Part shown: positions 28,702 to 38,797 of the stretch, piece by piece
Position numbering within the stretch: position 1 is the first letter of the stretch
Layout of the letters: the number at the start of each line of letters is the position of its first letter
Assembly (NCBI GenBank): GCA_016214285.1
Contig: JACROV010000041.1
Location: 1 to 55,258, forward strand
DNA from: Candidatus Omnitrophota bacterium
GTDB taxonomy: Bacteria; Omnitrophota; Gorgyraeia; Zapsychrales; Zapsychraceae
Length of the DNA: 55,258 nt
Direction: 5' to 3'
The notes under the pieces: model-generated
The model's database searches: none
Seen by the model: only the letters and a program-made list of their open reading frames with translations
What the model was told of the DNA's origin: nothing
Made by a program: the position numbers and the translations under genes

Positions 28702-29657
28702 ACCAGTCCTGCGCGTAAAAGGTCCTGGACGTCCAGCAGCCCGACCAGCCGGCGGCGATTGTCCAATACGGGGACCTCATCGATCTTTTTCTCTTTCAAG
28801 ATATTGAGAGCCTCAGCCGCCAGTTTATCCTTCAAGATCGTTATGGGCTTGCGCGTCATCACCTCCGACACGCGGCGTTCCAGGACATTGGTGCTGGATT
28901 CCAGGTGCCGGCGCAGATCGCCGTCGGTAAATATCCCCACGAATTTTCCGCGCCTGTCTAAAACGCAGGCGGAACCGCAGCGTGCCCGGGTAATGGCGAA
29001 CAGGACTTGTTTGACCTTCATGTTCTCACGGACCCTGGGATGGTGCGCGCCTTTGCGCATAATGTCTTCAACCCTCAACAAAAGCCTGCGCCCGAGCATC
29101 CCTCCGGGATGATAAAAAGCGAAATCTTCTTTCTGAAATCCCTTGCGCACAATCAGGCAAGCCGCCAACGCGTCACCCATCACCAGCGTCGCCGTTGTGG
29201 AAGCCATCGGGGCCAGCCCCAGAGGACACCCCTCTTCTTTTACCGAGACATCCAGCAGGACATCCGCGTGTTTAGCCAGTGTCGAATGCCTGTTCCCGGT
29301 CATGGCGATCGTTCGGGAACCGATTTTTTTGATAAGCGGTAAAAGCCGCTTTGTCTCTTCCGTTTCGCCGCTGCTCGAAATAATAATGACAACATCATTG
29401 CGGGTCACTTGCCCCAAATCGCCGTGGATGGCTTCCGCGCTGTGCATCCACAAACTGGGTGTGCCCGTCGAGGAAAACGTGGAGGCGATCTTGCGTCCGA
29501 TGATCCCCGTCTTGCCCATGCCGGCGACGATCACGCGGCCTTTGCATTTGGCGATCAGGTCAACGGCTTTCACAAAATCACGGTTGATCCGCCCGATTAA
29601 ATCCGCGACGGCTTTGGCTTCGGTCGCGATGACTTCTTTGGCTTTTTGGATCGTCAT
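28698..29657 (-). CDS. kdsD: Arabinose-5-phosphate isomerase (SIS plus CBS)
   Basis: GMGKTG.IG.K, EAIHGDLG, LAPMASTT, HPGG.LG, CBS pair. Confidence 0.95.
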   Translation of the reverse strand: MTIQKAKEVIATEAKAVADLIGRINRDFVKAVDLIAKCKGRVIVAGMGKTGIIGRKIASTFSSTGTPSLWMHSAEAIHGDLGQVTRNDVVIIISSSGETEETKRLLPLIKKIGSRTIAMTGNRHSTLAKHADVLLDVSVKEEGCPLGLAPMASTTATLVMGDALAACLIVRKGFQKEDFAFYHPGGMLGRRLLLRVEDIMRKGAHHPRVRENMKVKQVLFAITRARCGSACVLDRRGKFVGIFTDGDLRRHLESSTNVLERRVSEVMTRKPITILKDKLAAEALNILKEKKIDEVPVLDNRRRLVGLLDVQDLLRAGLV

Positions 29658-29658
29658 T

Positions 29659-30498
29659 TTATCCTTTATGCGTTCGCTTGATGATCCTGTCGATCGCCTG
29701 CAAATCCATGAGTAATTTTTTAAGCGCGTTGAGCGCTAACATATTCGGCCCGTCCGAAAGCGCTTTGGCGGGATTGGGATGAACTTCCATGAAAACGGCA
29801 TCACATCCGGAGGCAACGGCGGCGCGCGACAAAAGCGGAATATACTCGCTCTGGCCTCCGGAAGCGGTCGCCAATCCTCCCGGCTGCTGCACGCTGTGCG
29901 TGGCGTCAAAGACGACAGGGTAACCGGTTTCCCGCATAATGCTCAATGACCGAAAGTCACTGACCAGCGTGTTGTACCCAAAACTTGTCCCGCGCTCGGT
30001 CAACAAGATATTATGATTACCTGTGCTCTCCACTTTTTTGACGACCTCCGTCATGTCCCATGGCGCCAAAAATTGTCCCTTTTTGATATTCACGGATTTG
30101 CCGGTCTTTCCGGCCTCCAAAAGAAGGTCCGTCTGCCGGCATAAAAAAGCGGGGATCTGCAACACGTCGAGGACTCCGGCGGCTTGTTCGATCTCCTGCG
30201 GAGTGTGCACGTCGCTTAAAACCGGAAGTTTGAATTCTCTTCTGACTTCGGCTAAAACGTCAAGCCCTTCGGCCCAGCCGGGCCCGCGAAATGAACGGAT
30301 GGACGTACGGTTGGCCTTATCGTAACTTGCCTTGAAAATGAGCGGGACCTTGACCTGTGCCGTGATCCCTTTTAACGCCCGCGCGATATTCAAAGTCATT
30401 TTCCGGCTTTCGATGACGCACGGCCCGGCGATCAAAACGAAAGGTTTTCCCCCGCCGATCTTGACTGAACCGACCTGAACTATTCTGTTTTTCGTCAT
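29659..30498 (-). CDS. kdsA: KDO 8-phosphate synthase
   Basis: IAGPCVIES, KASYDKANRTS, QIPAFLCRQT, DATHSVQ. Confidence 0.97.
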   Translation of the reverse strand: MTKNRIVQVGSVKIGGGKPFVLIAGPCVIESRKMTLNIARALKGITAQVKVPLIFKASYDKANRTSIRSFRGPGWAEGLDVLAEVRREFKLPVLSDVHTPQEIEQAAGVLDVLQIPAFLCRQTDLLLEAGKTGKSVNIKKGQFLAPWDMTEVVKKVESTGNHNILLTERGTSFGYNTLVSDFRSLSIMRETGYPVVFDATHSVQQPGGLATASGGQSEYIPLLSRAAVASGCDAVFMEVHPNPAKALSDGPNMLALNALKKLLMDLQAIDRIIKRTHKG

Positions 30499-30552
30499 TA
30501 GAAAATCAACTCCGTCTGCGCCTTTTGGAATGCGCCGCTCTATCCCGACGCG

Positions 30553-31281
30553 CTACCGCAAAAGTTTTTCCACCCGCGCCAGATCCTGTGGCGTGTCCAC
30601 GCCGACCGTTTCAATGTCGGTGAGGATCGTTTTGATCTTGACGCCCGCCTCCAGCGCCCTTAATTGTTCCAGATGTTCCGTTTGTTCCAGCCGTGATTCC
30701 GGCATATCTTTGAATTTCAACAAAAAACTCTTGCGGTACGCGTAGATCCCCAGATGCTTGTAATATCGGATCTTCCGGATCCCTGTCCGGTCCCGGTCGC
30801 AAGGAATGACCGAACGTGAGAAGTACAATGCGTTATCACGCGCGTCGACGACGACTTTAACGACATTGGGGTTCTCCAACTCGTCCTTCGTCCGGATGAG
30901 CTTGATCGCCGTTGCCATCAAACAATCCGGATCTTTACTCAGCGCCGTCACCAGACCATCAATGACACTGTGATGGATGAGCGGTTCATCACCTTGAATA
31001 TTAACGATAATATCGGCCGAAACATCCGCCGCGGCTTGCGCGACACGATCTGTGCCGGAGGCGTGATCTTTGGACGTCAAAACTGCTTTTGCTCCGAACG
31101 TTTTAGCGGCTTTTAGGATCCGGTCATCGTCGCAAGCGATGATGACTTCTTTAAGCAAACGGCTCCGCCGGGACCGTTGCCAGACGTGCTCGATCATCGG
31201 CTTACCGTTGATGTTCGCTAAAATCTTGCCTTCAAAACGCGTTGAACCCCAGCGGGCAGGAATAACGCCGATCGCTCGCAT
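30553..31281 (-). CDS. kdsB: CMP-KDO synthetase
   Basis: IPARWGSTRF.GK, SGTDR, NIQGDEP, E.LEQLR. Confidence 0.97.
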   Translation of the reverse strand: MRAIGVIPARWGSTRFEGKILANINGKPMIEHVWQRSRRSRLLKEVIIACDDDRILKAAKTFGAKAVLTSKDHASGTDRVAQAAADVSADIIVNIQGDEPLIHHSVIDGLVTALSKDPDCLMATAIKLIRTKDELENPNVVKVVVDARDNALYFSRSVIPCDRDRTGIRKIRYYKHLGIYAYRKSFLLKFKDMPESRLEQTEHLEQLRALEAGVKIKTILTDIETVGVDTPQDLARVEKLLR

Positions 31282-31284
31282 TGT

Positions 31285-32310
31285 TCACTGGCTCCCGACC
31301 GATTCCAAAAGCTCTGCTTTGGTCACGGCAACGGCGCCCAGTTTGCCGACCACAATTCCCGCGGCCAGATTGGCCAAAACCGCGGCTTCTTTTTTCTTTG
31401 CCCCGGCGCTCAAGCCCAACGTAAACGTGGCGATGACCGTATCCCCCGCGCCGGAAACGTCATAAACTTCTTTCGCACGGGTCTTGATAATAACGGGATC
31501 CTTTTGCTTTTCAAACAGCCGCATGCCGTGCTCACCCAAGGTAATCAAAAGGGAATCCAGGTTCAGGTACTTCAAAAGTTCTTTTCCCGCGAGATCAATG
31601 TCCCCGTCGGTTCGCAAACGGTCGAAATGGATCCCCAGTTTTTCCGGTAAAATTGCGGTAATTTTGATATTGCGAATGGCATTTTCGGTTTCCCTCAAAT
31701 TTGGAGTGATCGCCGTGACATTACGATAATAACTAAAATGCTCGACCTTCGGGTCGATGGTAATAATTTTTCTCTTAGCCAGCGCCATGTCCCGCACGAA
31801 ACTGACTAACTGGGGAGTGATCAGTCCTTTGCCGTAATCGGAAAGGATGACCGCGTCGCAGGACGGCAATGCCTGACGGACAAAATTCATGATTTTTTCA
31901 GAGACGAGCGTGTTGGGGGTATCCTCCGCCTTCTCGCGGTCGATGCGCACTACCTGCTGGTGTTGCGCGATAACCCGGGTTTTGCAGATGGTCGGCAAGG
32001 TCTTATCGATAAAAATACCCCGCGTATCGATCCCTTTTTGGCGAAGTTCCCTTGAGAGAATTTTTCCTTCCGGGTCATTCCCGATCTTCCCGACCAATAC
32101 GGCCCGCGCGCCCAAGCCGCATAAATTATGCGCCACATTCGCGGCCCCACCGGGCGTATAAAAAGCTTTCTCCTGCAAGACAACAGGGACAGGTGCTTCG
32201 GGCGACAAGCGGAAAACGCTGCCCTGGATGTACTGATCAAGGATAATATCCCCGATCACCATAATTTTTTTATTGTGAAATTTCGAAATGATGGAGTGAA
32301 GTTGTGCCAT
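31285..32310 (-). CDS. rfaE1: D-glycero-beta-D-manno-heptose-7-phosphate kinase (HldE domain I)
   Basis: RLSPEAPVPV, GGAANVA, SDYGKG, DVSGAGDT. Start at ATG 32310. Confidence 0.93.
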   Translation of the reverse strand: MAQLHSIISKFHNKKIMVIGDIILDQYIQGSVFRLSPEAPVPVVLQEKAFYTPGGAANVAHNLCGLGARAVLVGKIGNDPEGKILSRELRQKGIDTRGIFIDKTLPTICKTRVIAQHQQVVRIDREKAEDTPNTLVSEKIMNFVRQALPSCDAVILSDYGKGLITPQLVSFVRDMALAKRKIITIDPKVEHFSYYRNVTAITPNLRETENAIRNIKITAILPEKLGIHFDRLRTDGDIDLAGKELLKYLNLDSLLITLGEHGMRLFEKQKDPVIIKTRAKEVYDVSGAGDTVIATFTLGLSAGAKKKEAAVLANLAAGIVVGKLGAVAVTKAELLESVGSQ

Positions 32311-32354
32311 ATCGGGCTGCCCTTTAGTCTTTGAACCAAAAGAAACGAAGGATT

Positions 32355-33410
32355 CTAACACAGTTTAAATAGGGCGTCAACAGCTTCCAAAACAGCCTGC
32401 GTTGGAATAGTTTCCGAACATTCGGGGCCGTCTTGAGGGCGCGATTTAGAGGGTGGAACGCTCGCAACCCTGGAAAATTTCCCAAGCGGTTGCCAGCGTT
32501 GGGGATTGATCCCCGGTTGATTGCGGGTAAAGATAGAAACACACGGCGTTTTAACGCCCGCGGCGATATGGACCGGACCTGAATCATTGGAGACCAGCAA
32601 GTTACATCGCTTCAACAGTCCTGCCAACTGCCCTATGTCCGTCTGTCCGGTCAGGTCTAAAACTGGAACGTGGGTATCGGACATGATCTGCCGGGCAACG
32701 CCAGCCATATGCGGCGCGCCGATGAGAACAATTCTGGCCTGGTAACGATTGGCCAATTGATCAATAAGTTCGGCAAACTGCCCTTCCGGCCAGCGTTTCG
32801 CCGGGTCACTGGCGCCCGGATGAATGGCGATCAAACGCTCCTGCCTGCTAATGTGATATTCTCTGCAAAACTGTTCGATCCACACCCGGGCATCGGCAGA
32901 AACCGGCACATACAAATCTTCGGCCAAATCTTGCGGTGATTTATCAAGGATATTATTCGCGGGAATGCCCAGATGCCGCAAAACGTCCAGGCAGTATTGT
33001 GCCTCGTGTTGTCGTCCCAAATGCCGCTGGTCATGGATCGGGTCGTTCAATAAAAAGCCGAATTTCTTATTTCTGTATCCCGTCCGGCGAGGAATTCCCG
33101 CGGCCCGGCAAAGACAATTGGCGCGCTTTTTGGTGTGATAAACGATCGCCAAGTCAAATTTTTTCTGTCGCAAGACAGAAGCAAGATGCCAAAACCCGAA
33201 TATCCCGCGATGGACGCCCCGGCGGTCATCCACGATAATTTCGTCCAGATAAGGATTCCCCGTGACAAGGTCTTTCGTTAACGGTGCGACAAGGATCGAA
33301 ATACGTGCTGATGGATATGCCTGGCGCAAGGCCTTAATGGCGGGCGTTGTCAAGACCACGTCCCCTATTCTGTCAGTTCGCACGATAAGAATATTGCGGA
33401 AGTTCTTCAT
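32355..33410 (-). CDS. GT9 LPS heptosyltransferase
   Basis: RTDRIGDVVL, HPGAS..KRWP, NDSGPVHIA. Confidence 0.92.
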   Translation of the reverse strand: MKNFRNILIVRTDRIGDVVLTTPAIKALRQAYPSARISILVAPLTKDLVTGNPYLDEIIVDDRRGVHRGIFGFWHLASVLRQKKFDLAIVYHTKKRANCLCRAAGIPRRTGYRNKKFGFLLNDPIHDQRHLGRQHEAQYCLDVLRHLGIPANNILDKSPQDLAEDLYVPVSADARVWIEQFCREYHISRQERLIAIHPGASDPAKRWPEGQFAELIDQLANRYQARIVLIGAPHMAGVARQIMSDTHVPVLDLTGQTDIGQLAGLLKRCNLLVSNDSGPVHIAAGVKTPCVSIFTRNQPGINPQRWQPLGKFSRVASVPPSKSRPQDGPECSETIPTQAVLEAVDALFKLC

Positions 33411-33454
33411 TGTTTATAGATGCTCCTGCAGAATCTTTGGAAATTATTGTTGCC

Positions 33455-33577
33455 CCCTGCTGATTCACTTCGCCCCTCGAAATCGCCTTGCGATTTCAAG
33501 GGATTAAGTCCCGGGAATGCTTCGCATTCCACGGGATGAATCAAAGCGCTGGCCGAGCAGGCTCCCTTCGGGAGGGG
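33455..33577. repeat. Nested multi-hairpin palindrome cluster
   Basis: cctgct..agcagg and gattca..tgaatc enclose gaaatcgc-ctt-gcgatttc and ggaatgc-ttc-gcattcc, followed by ctccc-ttc-gggag. Confidence 0.7.
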
Positions 33578-34594
33578 TTATCCGCCGCGGTTAAAATCGG
33601 GCGGATAAAAAATAACTTGTCCCTGGACGATCCGAAACGCGTTCAAAACATCCTGGCTGGTGATGGCCGCCATGCAATTATGTTTGCCGGGACTCCTTGG
33701 ATTGTGGCAGGCTGGACAGCCCTGATTTTTCTGCAGATAATGGCCGTGAAGACCCCACGGGCCGTATTTATGGACGTCGCTGGGACCGAATAGGGCCAGG
33801 ACCGGCACATCCAGATAACTGGCTAAATGCATCGGCGCGCTGTCATTGACCAGGGCCAGTGCCGCCCCTTGAGTTACCTGGGCCAATTGAAGCAAGGTCG
33901 TACGTCCGCACAAATTCAGAGTGTCTGCCCCTAGCACTTCCACCATTCGTTCGGCGATGCCGCGGTCCGTTTCGTCGCCGACAAAGACGACTTTTAACTG
34001 ATAACGTTTGATCAACTGATAGCACACTTCGATGAATCCCTGGGGCGTCCAGCGCTTTGCCTCACTCGCCGCTCCGGGCGCCACGATGATGTAGCTTTGC
34101 TTTTCTCCCCGGGCCGTTTGTAACAAATTGCGGGTATGGGCCTCGTCGCTGGGGGGGATCGTGAGCGCGTGGTGTTTCGGCGACTCGGCGTCATACGGAT
34201 AAACGGTGTGTAGCCGTTGGAGATGTTTATATTTCATATGCGTGCCGGCGTGCTGGGCCACCATCAAAGGCGTGCGATATCGCGGAAAAATTAAAACCGG
34301 TATAGCCGTGTTACGCAGATCGACCACCAGATCAAAACGTTCAGCGCACAAACCGGCTACCCAGGGAATCGTTTTCCAGACGGATTGACTCTTATCAAAG
34401 ACATGGACATCATTGATGAGCGGATTTCCTTTAAATAACGTCTGGGCTTTGGGCCCCACCACCACCGCAAATTTCGCCCGCGGGAAATCGCCGAGCAGAA
34501 TGTCCATCACCGGCAGCGTCAGGATAACATCCCCGATGTTGCTTAGGGAAATGACCAATATTTTATTGATCCTGGAACTGTCGAACCGCATCAA
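33578..34594 (-). CDS. GT9 LPS heptosyltransferase
   Basis: SNIGDVIL, APGA..KRW, NDSAPMHLA, LFGP. Confidence 0.92.
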   Translation of the reverse strand: MMRFDSSRINKILVISLSNIGDVILTLPVMDILLGDFPRAKFAVVVGPKAQTLFKGNPLINDVHVFDKSQSVWKTIPWVAGLCAERFDLVVDLRNTAIPVLIFPRYRTPLMVAQHAGTHMKYKHLQRLHTVYPYDAESPKHHALTIPPSDEAHTRNLLQTARGEKQSYIIVAPGAASEAKRWTPQGFIEVCYQLIKRYQLKVVFVGDETDRGIAERMVEVLGADTLNLCGRTTLLQLAQVTQGAALALVNDSAPMHLASYLDVPVLALFGPSDVHKYGPWGLHGHYLQKNQGCPACHNPRSPGKHNCMAAITSQDVLNAFRIVQGQVIFYPPDFNRGG

Positions 34595-35582
34595 GGACTT
34601 CCTTCACACTGACCGCCTGCATGCAAATATTATCAGGACATTCCAGATTGTAGCATGGCCGGCGATTGCACCCTACGTCGCGTTGCAAAATGACCGCGCG
34701 GCCGCTGCCGCGCGGTCCCGTGATTTCCGGACGCGTCGGACCAAAGATACCAACGACACTGGTCCCCACGCTGCTGGCGATGTGGAGCGGCCCCGAATCC
34801 GCGGACACGACGCAATCCGCGCGTTTCATAAGGGCCATCAGTTGTTTTAAATCAACTTTTCCAGCCAAAACAACGGGTTTACGGCGCAGGCCGGAAATAA
34901 TTGCCTCCGTCAAAACAACGTCTTGATCAGATCCGGAAATGACGACTTTGACCTCTCCGTCTTTCATCAACTCGTCGATGAGCCGGGCGAAGTGGTGGAC
35001 CGGCCAACGCTTCAGGTCCCAGTTCCCGCCAGGATGAACGACGACCAGAAAATCCTTATCTCCGACATCATGGCGTTTAAGCAGATCACGAATTTCTGTT
35101 TCGGATGCAATACTTGCCGTTAATGAACTGGCACGGTCCGCAACGGTAACTCCAAAAGATTCCACGACGTTAAGATAATAATCCAGACGATGCGTTGTTT
35201 GTTCATCCGGTGTTTTTATAGCGCGGGTCAAGAACATCCCGCGGCCTTTGGCATCATATCCGATCCGCTGCGGGATCCCCGCGAAAAAGGTGAATAACGC
35301 GCGGGTCAATGAACGGTGCAATAAGAAGGCGGCATCAAAATGTTTTTGAGAAAGTGCGCGGATCAACCGCAGCTTGGCCATCGGGCTACGATGAACGCCG
35401 TCTTCATCGTAAAGGATGATCTCGTCGATCGCGGGAATTGATTCTAATATTTCCCGCACGCGCGGCACGGCCAGACAACTGATCTGCGATTGAGGATACG
35501 CCGCTTTGAGCGCCTTGAAGATCGGCGAAGAAAAGATCACGTCCCCCACCCAGTTGACATTGACGACAAGGATCTTTCTCAT
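34563..35582 (-). CDS. waaF: LPS heptosyltransferase II (GT9)
   Basis: VNWVGDV, HPGG..KRWP, DSGPLHIA, FGPT. Confidence 0.85.
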   Translation of the reverse strand: MRKILVVNVNWVGDVIFSSPIFKALKAAYPQSQISCLAVPRVREILESIPAIDEIILYDEDGVHRSPMAKLRLIRALSQKHFDAAFLLHRSLTRALFTFFAGIPQRIGYDAKGRGMFLTRAIKTPDEQTTHRLDYYLNVVESFGVTVADRASSLTASIASETEIRDLLKRHDVGDKDFLVVVHPGGNWDLKRWPVHHFARLIDELMKDGEVKVVISGSDQDVVLTEAIISGLRRKPVVLAGKVDLKQLMALMKRADCVVSADSGPLHIASSVGTSVVGIFGPTRPEITGPRGSGRAVILQRDVGCNRRPCYNLECPDNICMQAVSVKEVLDAVRQFQDQ

Positions 35583-36685
35583 GGTCGGGCTTCTGGAATT
35601 GTGGTTTTATATAACGTCAGTGTCTTCTCCACCATCAAGTCAGCGGAATGATCAGTCCGTATGAATTCCCTGCCGGCGTTGGCAACCCGCGCCAGACGGT
35701 CAGGGTCACGCAGGACCATCCGGATCGTTTGCCCCAAAGAGACCGGATCTTCCGGTTCGACCAAGAAACCTGTTTTCCCTTCTTCGATCAGGCTCGGGAT
35801 ACCCCCCACACGAGAAGCGATGACCGGCACGCCGGCGGCCTGCGCTTCCATGATCGAGATCCCCAGCCCTTCCTGGCGCGACGGCATAACGAAAATATCC
35901 AGCAGGGGTAAGATCTCTACGGCTTTATTGGTGAACGGATAGAACAAGACGTTTCGTTCCAGTTGGAATTCTTTGACCATTTTCCGAAGGATCGGTTCCG
36001 TTTTTCCCTCACCGGCAATGATCAATTTCGCGTCCGGGATCTGTTCGACAACGGTCTTCATCGCCCTGATCAGGATGTCCTGCCCCTTCACCTCCGACAA
36101 ACGGGCGATGATCCCCGCAACGGGCTCTGCCCCCAGATCATATTTGAGGCGCATCTGGCGCTTGATCGCGTAATCGGCCGGTGTATACATCCGCATATCA
36201 ATGCCACTGGGGATCAGACTGATGCGCTCGTCCGCGACCTGAAAGTCATCATGCAAATGTTTTTGAACGGCCTCGCTGATGACGACGACCGCGTCCCCCC
36301 AGCAGGGAAACATCAGCCGGGATACACGTGGATTAAAAAAGCCGTGACATGTGCTGACAAAGGGGCAGCCGGTCATCGTCGCCAACCAGAAGCCCATCAC
36401 CTGCGTTACCCGCGTTTGCGCGTGGATCATATCGATCGCGTGCCGGCGGATATATTGGCTTAAGGACAGCAACGCGCAATAGATCCTCGGGTCGAGCTCT
36501 GATTTTGTCCGGATGTTCAGCTCCAGAAGCCGCGCGCCCAACGCCGAAAACTCAGCGGCCATATCGCCGCCGCTTGAAGCGATGTGCACGCGCACGCCGC
36601 GCTCGATCATCCCTTTGCTGAGTGTCAAAAGATAACTGGTGATCCCGCCGGTATTGAGATGTGTGGTCAAAAAAAGAACGTTCAC
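35579..36685 (-). CDS. GT4 glycosyltransferase
   Basis: GG motif, ARL..VKG, EGLGISIMEAQA. Confidence 0.92.
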   Translation of the reverse strand: MNVLFLTTHLNTGGITSYLLTLSKGMIERGVRVHIASSGGDMAAEFSALGARLLELNIRTKSELDPRIYCALLSLSQYIRRHAIDMIHAQTRVTQVMGFWLATMTGCPFVSTCHGFFNPRVSRLMFPCWGDAVVVISEAVQKHLHDDFQVADERISLIPSGIDMRMYTPADYAIKRQMRLKYDLGAEPVAGIIARLSEVKGQDILIRAMKTVVEQIPDAKLIIAGEGKTEPILRKMVKEFQLERNVLFYPFTNKAVEILPLLDIFVMPSRQEGLGISIMEAQAAGVPVIASRVGGIPSLIEEGKTGFLVEPEDPVSLGQTIRMVLRDPDRLARVANAGREFIRTDHSADLMVEKTLTLYKTTIPEARP

Positions 36686-38784
36686 GGCCTGGCGCCCATC
36701 AAACTTTCGATTTTGCCGGCGACTTCATCCGGCGTAATGTCCCGCATGCACGCGTGCGTCATGATCAGACAGCGCGGGCTGTAACAGGGCGCGCAGGCGG
36801 GTTTCTTTTCCAGAATGATCATATTCCTGGCCGGCGGCCGGTGTCTTTGCGAATCCGTCGGGCCGAAAAAAGCGACCAGCGGCGTGCGCATGGCCGCGGC
36901 AACATGCAAAGGTGCCGAGTCCGGCGTGATAAAAACTTTGCAGCGTTCAATGAGCGCGGCCAATTGCAAGATATCGGTGCGTCCCACAAAAATTGCTGGT
37001 TTGGACTTCGTCCGCGCCAGAAGTTGCTCGACCAAAGATCTATCTTTCTCCATTCCGGTGATGAGCACGCGGATACTTTTGCCGGAAAGCAGGTCGCATA
37101 AACGCGCGGCATGTTCCACGGGCCAATTTTTCGTCTGCCATTTTTGCGAAGCGGCGATGTTGATGCCAACGATCCGGGTCACGTTGCCCAGCCATTCCGC
37201 GTCGAGGAGTTCCTGAACGTATTTACGGTCCTTCTTTGAAGGCCAAAGCTCCAAAGCCAATTCTTTCGGGGGTGTTATCCCCATCGTTTGCAATAATTGG
37301 AATTGATGGTCGACCGCCGGAATGTCATTGCGATATTGTTTTAACGGATTCGTCAGCAGTCCACTCCATTTTCCGTTGTCGTATCCGTAGCTTTCCCGGG
37401 GGAAGCTCAAGAACGCCAGCAGGTGACTTTTACGGCTATTTTGAAAGTCGATGATCTTGTCAAAACGGTATTTGCGCAGCCGGTGCGACAAGCGTATCGC
37501 CTTGATCCACCCTTTGTTCTTCTGGCGCGTGTCATCGATAATAAGCCCATCCAGATAGGGGCAGTTCTGCAATACCTTGCGCGATTCTTTTCCAACAAGG
37601 CAGTAGATCTTCGCCCGCGGATATTTTTCCCGCAACGCCTTCAATGACGCCGTTACCAAAACCACATCGCCCGTCGCGCTGATCTTGATCACCAGGATGT
37701 TCAGGGAATTGAGCAATTCCTCGTAAACTTTTAACGTTTGGGACGCCATATGTCCCAGCGTGAAGTTTTCCTGCAATTTTTGCCGCGCCGCGCCGGCCAG
37801 CTGGGCGGCAAATTTTTTATCGCCCAGAACGCGCGTCACAGCTTTGGCCATGCCGTCCGGATCTTTAGGCATTACCAATAAACCCGTTTGGCCGTCATCG
37901 ATGATGTCAACGACACCCCCGACGCTGGTGGCAACCACCGGAACGCCTGCGGCCTGGGCTTCCAGGATCACCCTCCCAAAAGCTTCCTGGGTCACCGTGG
38001 AAAGGACAAGCACATCCGTCTGGGCCAACAGTTGCGGGACATCTTTGCGGTTTCCCAAGAATTCAACATGTTCCTGGATCCCCAGACGATGGGTGAGGAC
38101 TTGCAGTTCAGCTTTGTAGGATTGTTTGGCCGCCGGCGCGTCCCCGATGATCCAAATACGGATATTAGGCATCGCGCGCGCCACCTTTGCCATCGCGCGT
38201 AAAAAAAACGTATGACCCTTCAAGGGCGTCAGCCGCCCGACGATCGTAACGGTAAAAAATGATTTTCCCTCAATGACCGGACGCTGCGCCCGGAACTTTT
38301 CAACGTCAACACTGCGGGGAATGTAACGGATGCTATTGGACAAGGCGCCGAAATGTTCCATCATGTGCCGCCCGATGACACGGCTGGGCACGATGATCAG
38401 TTTGGGCCATCCCATCACCTGGCTGAACATGCGATTGCCATAATATCCGTGACAAGTTGTGATAAACGCGGCCTGTGTCCCCCGGCAGGCAAAATAAGCG
38501 ATCCAGGCCGGCACACGGGAACGGGCGTGGACGATATCCGCTTTTTCATTTCGAATGATCGCGCGTAACGCCTTGACACATTTTATCATCAACCAAAACG
38601 ACTTTTTGTGGACGGGCAACGTGTAATGCCGCGTCCCGGCGGCTTCCAGATCACTGACCAGTTCGCCGCCGTTGGACACAACGACGGATTGATGCCCGTG
38701 ATCGACCAGATATTTCGCCAAGTCGACCGTGCCGGTTTCCACGCCGCCGACATTGAGTTCAGGTAAAACTTGTAAAATTCTCAT
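36682..38784 (-). CDS. GT4-GT9 fusion glycosyltransferase
   Basis: N-half GGVE, HARSR, EAFGRVILEAQ. C-half ISATGDVVL, KNWP, DSAPLHVA, FGPT. Confidence 0.9.
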   Translation of the reverse strand: MRILQVLPELNVGGVETGTVDLAKYLVDHGHQSVVVSNGGELVSDLEAAGTRHYTLPVHKKSFWLMIKCVKALRAIIRNEKADIVHARSRVPAWIAYFACRGTQAAFITTCHGYYGNRMFSQVMGWPKLIIVPSRVIGRHMMEHFGALSNSIRYIPRSVDVEKFRAQRPVIEGKSFFTVTIVGRLTPLKGHTFFLRAMAKVARAMPNIRIWIIGDAPAAKQSYKAELQVLTHRLGIQEHVEFLGNRKDVPQLLAQTDVLVLSTVTQEAFGRVILEAQAAGVPVVATSVGGVVDIIDDGQTGLLVMPKDPDGMAKAVTRVLGDKKFAAQLAGAARQKLQENFTLGHMASQTLKVYEELLNSLNILVIKISATGDVVLVTASLKALREKYPRAKIYCLVGKESRKVLQNCPYLDGLIIDDTRQKNKGWIKAIRLSHRLRKYRFDKIIDFQNSRKSHLLAFLSFPRESYGYDNGKWSGLLTNPLKQYRNDIPAVDHQFQLLQTMGITPPKELALELWPSKKDRKYVQELLDAEWLGNVTRIVGINIAASQKWQTKNWPVEHAARLCDLLSGKSIRVLITGMEKDRSLVEQLLARTKSKPAIFVGRTDILQLAALIERCKVFITPDSAPLHVAAAMRTPLVAFFGPTDSQRHRPPARNMIILEKKPACAPCYSPRCLIMTHACMRDITPDEVAGKIESLMGARP

Positions 38785-38797
38785 TGTCGTTAAAAAA

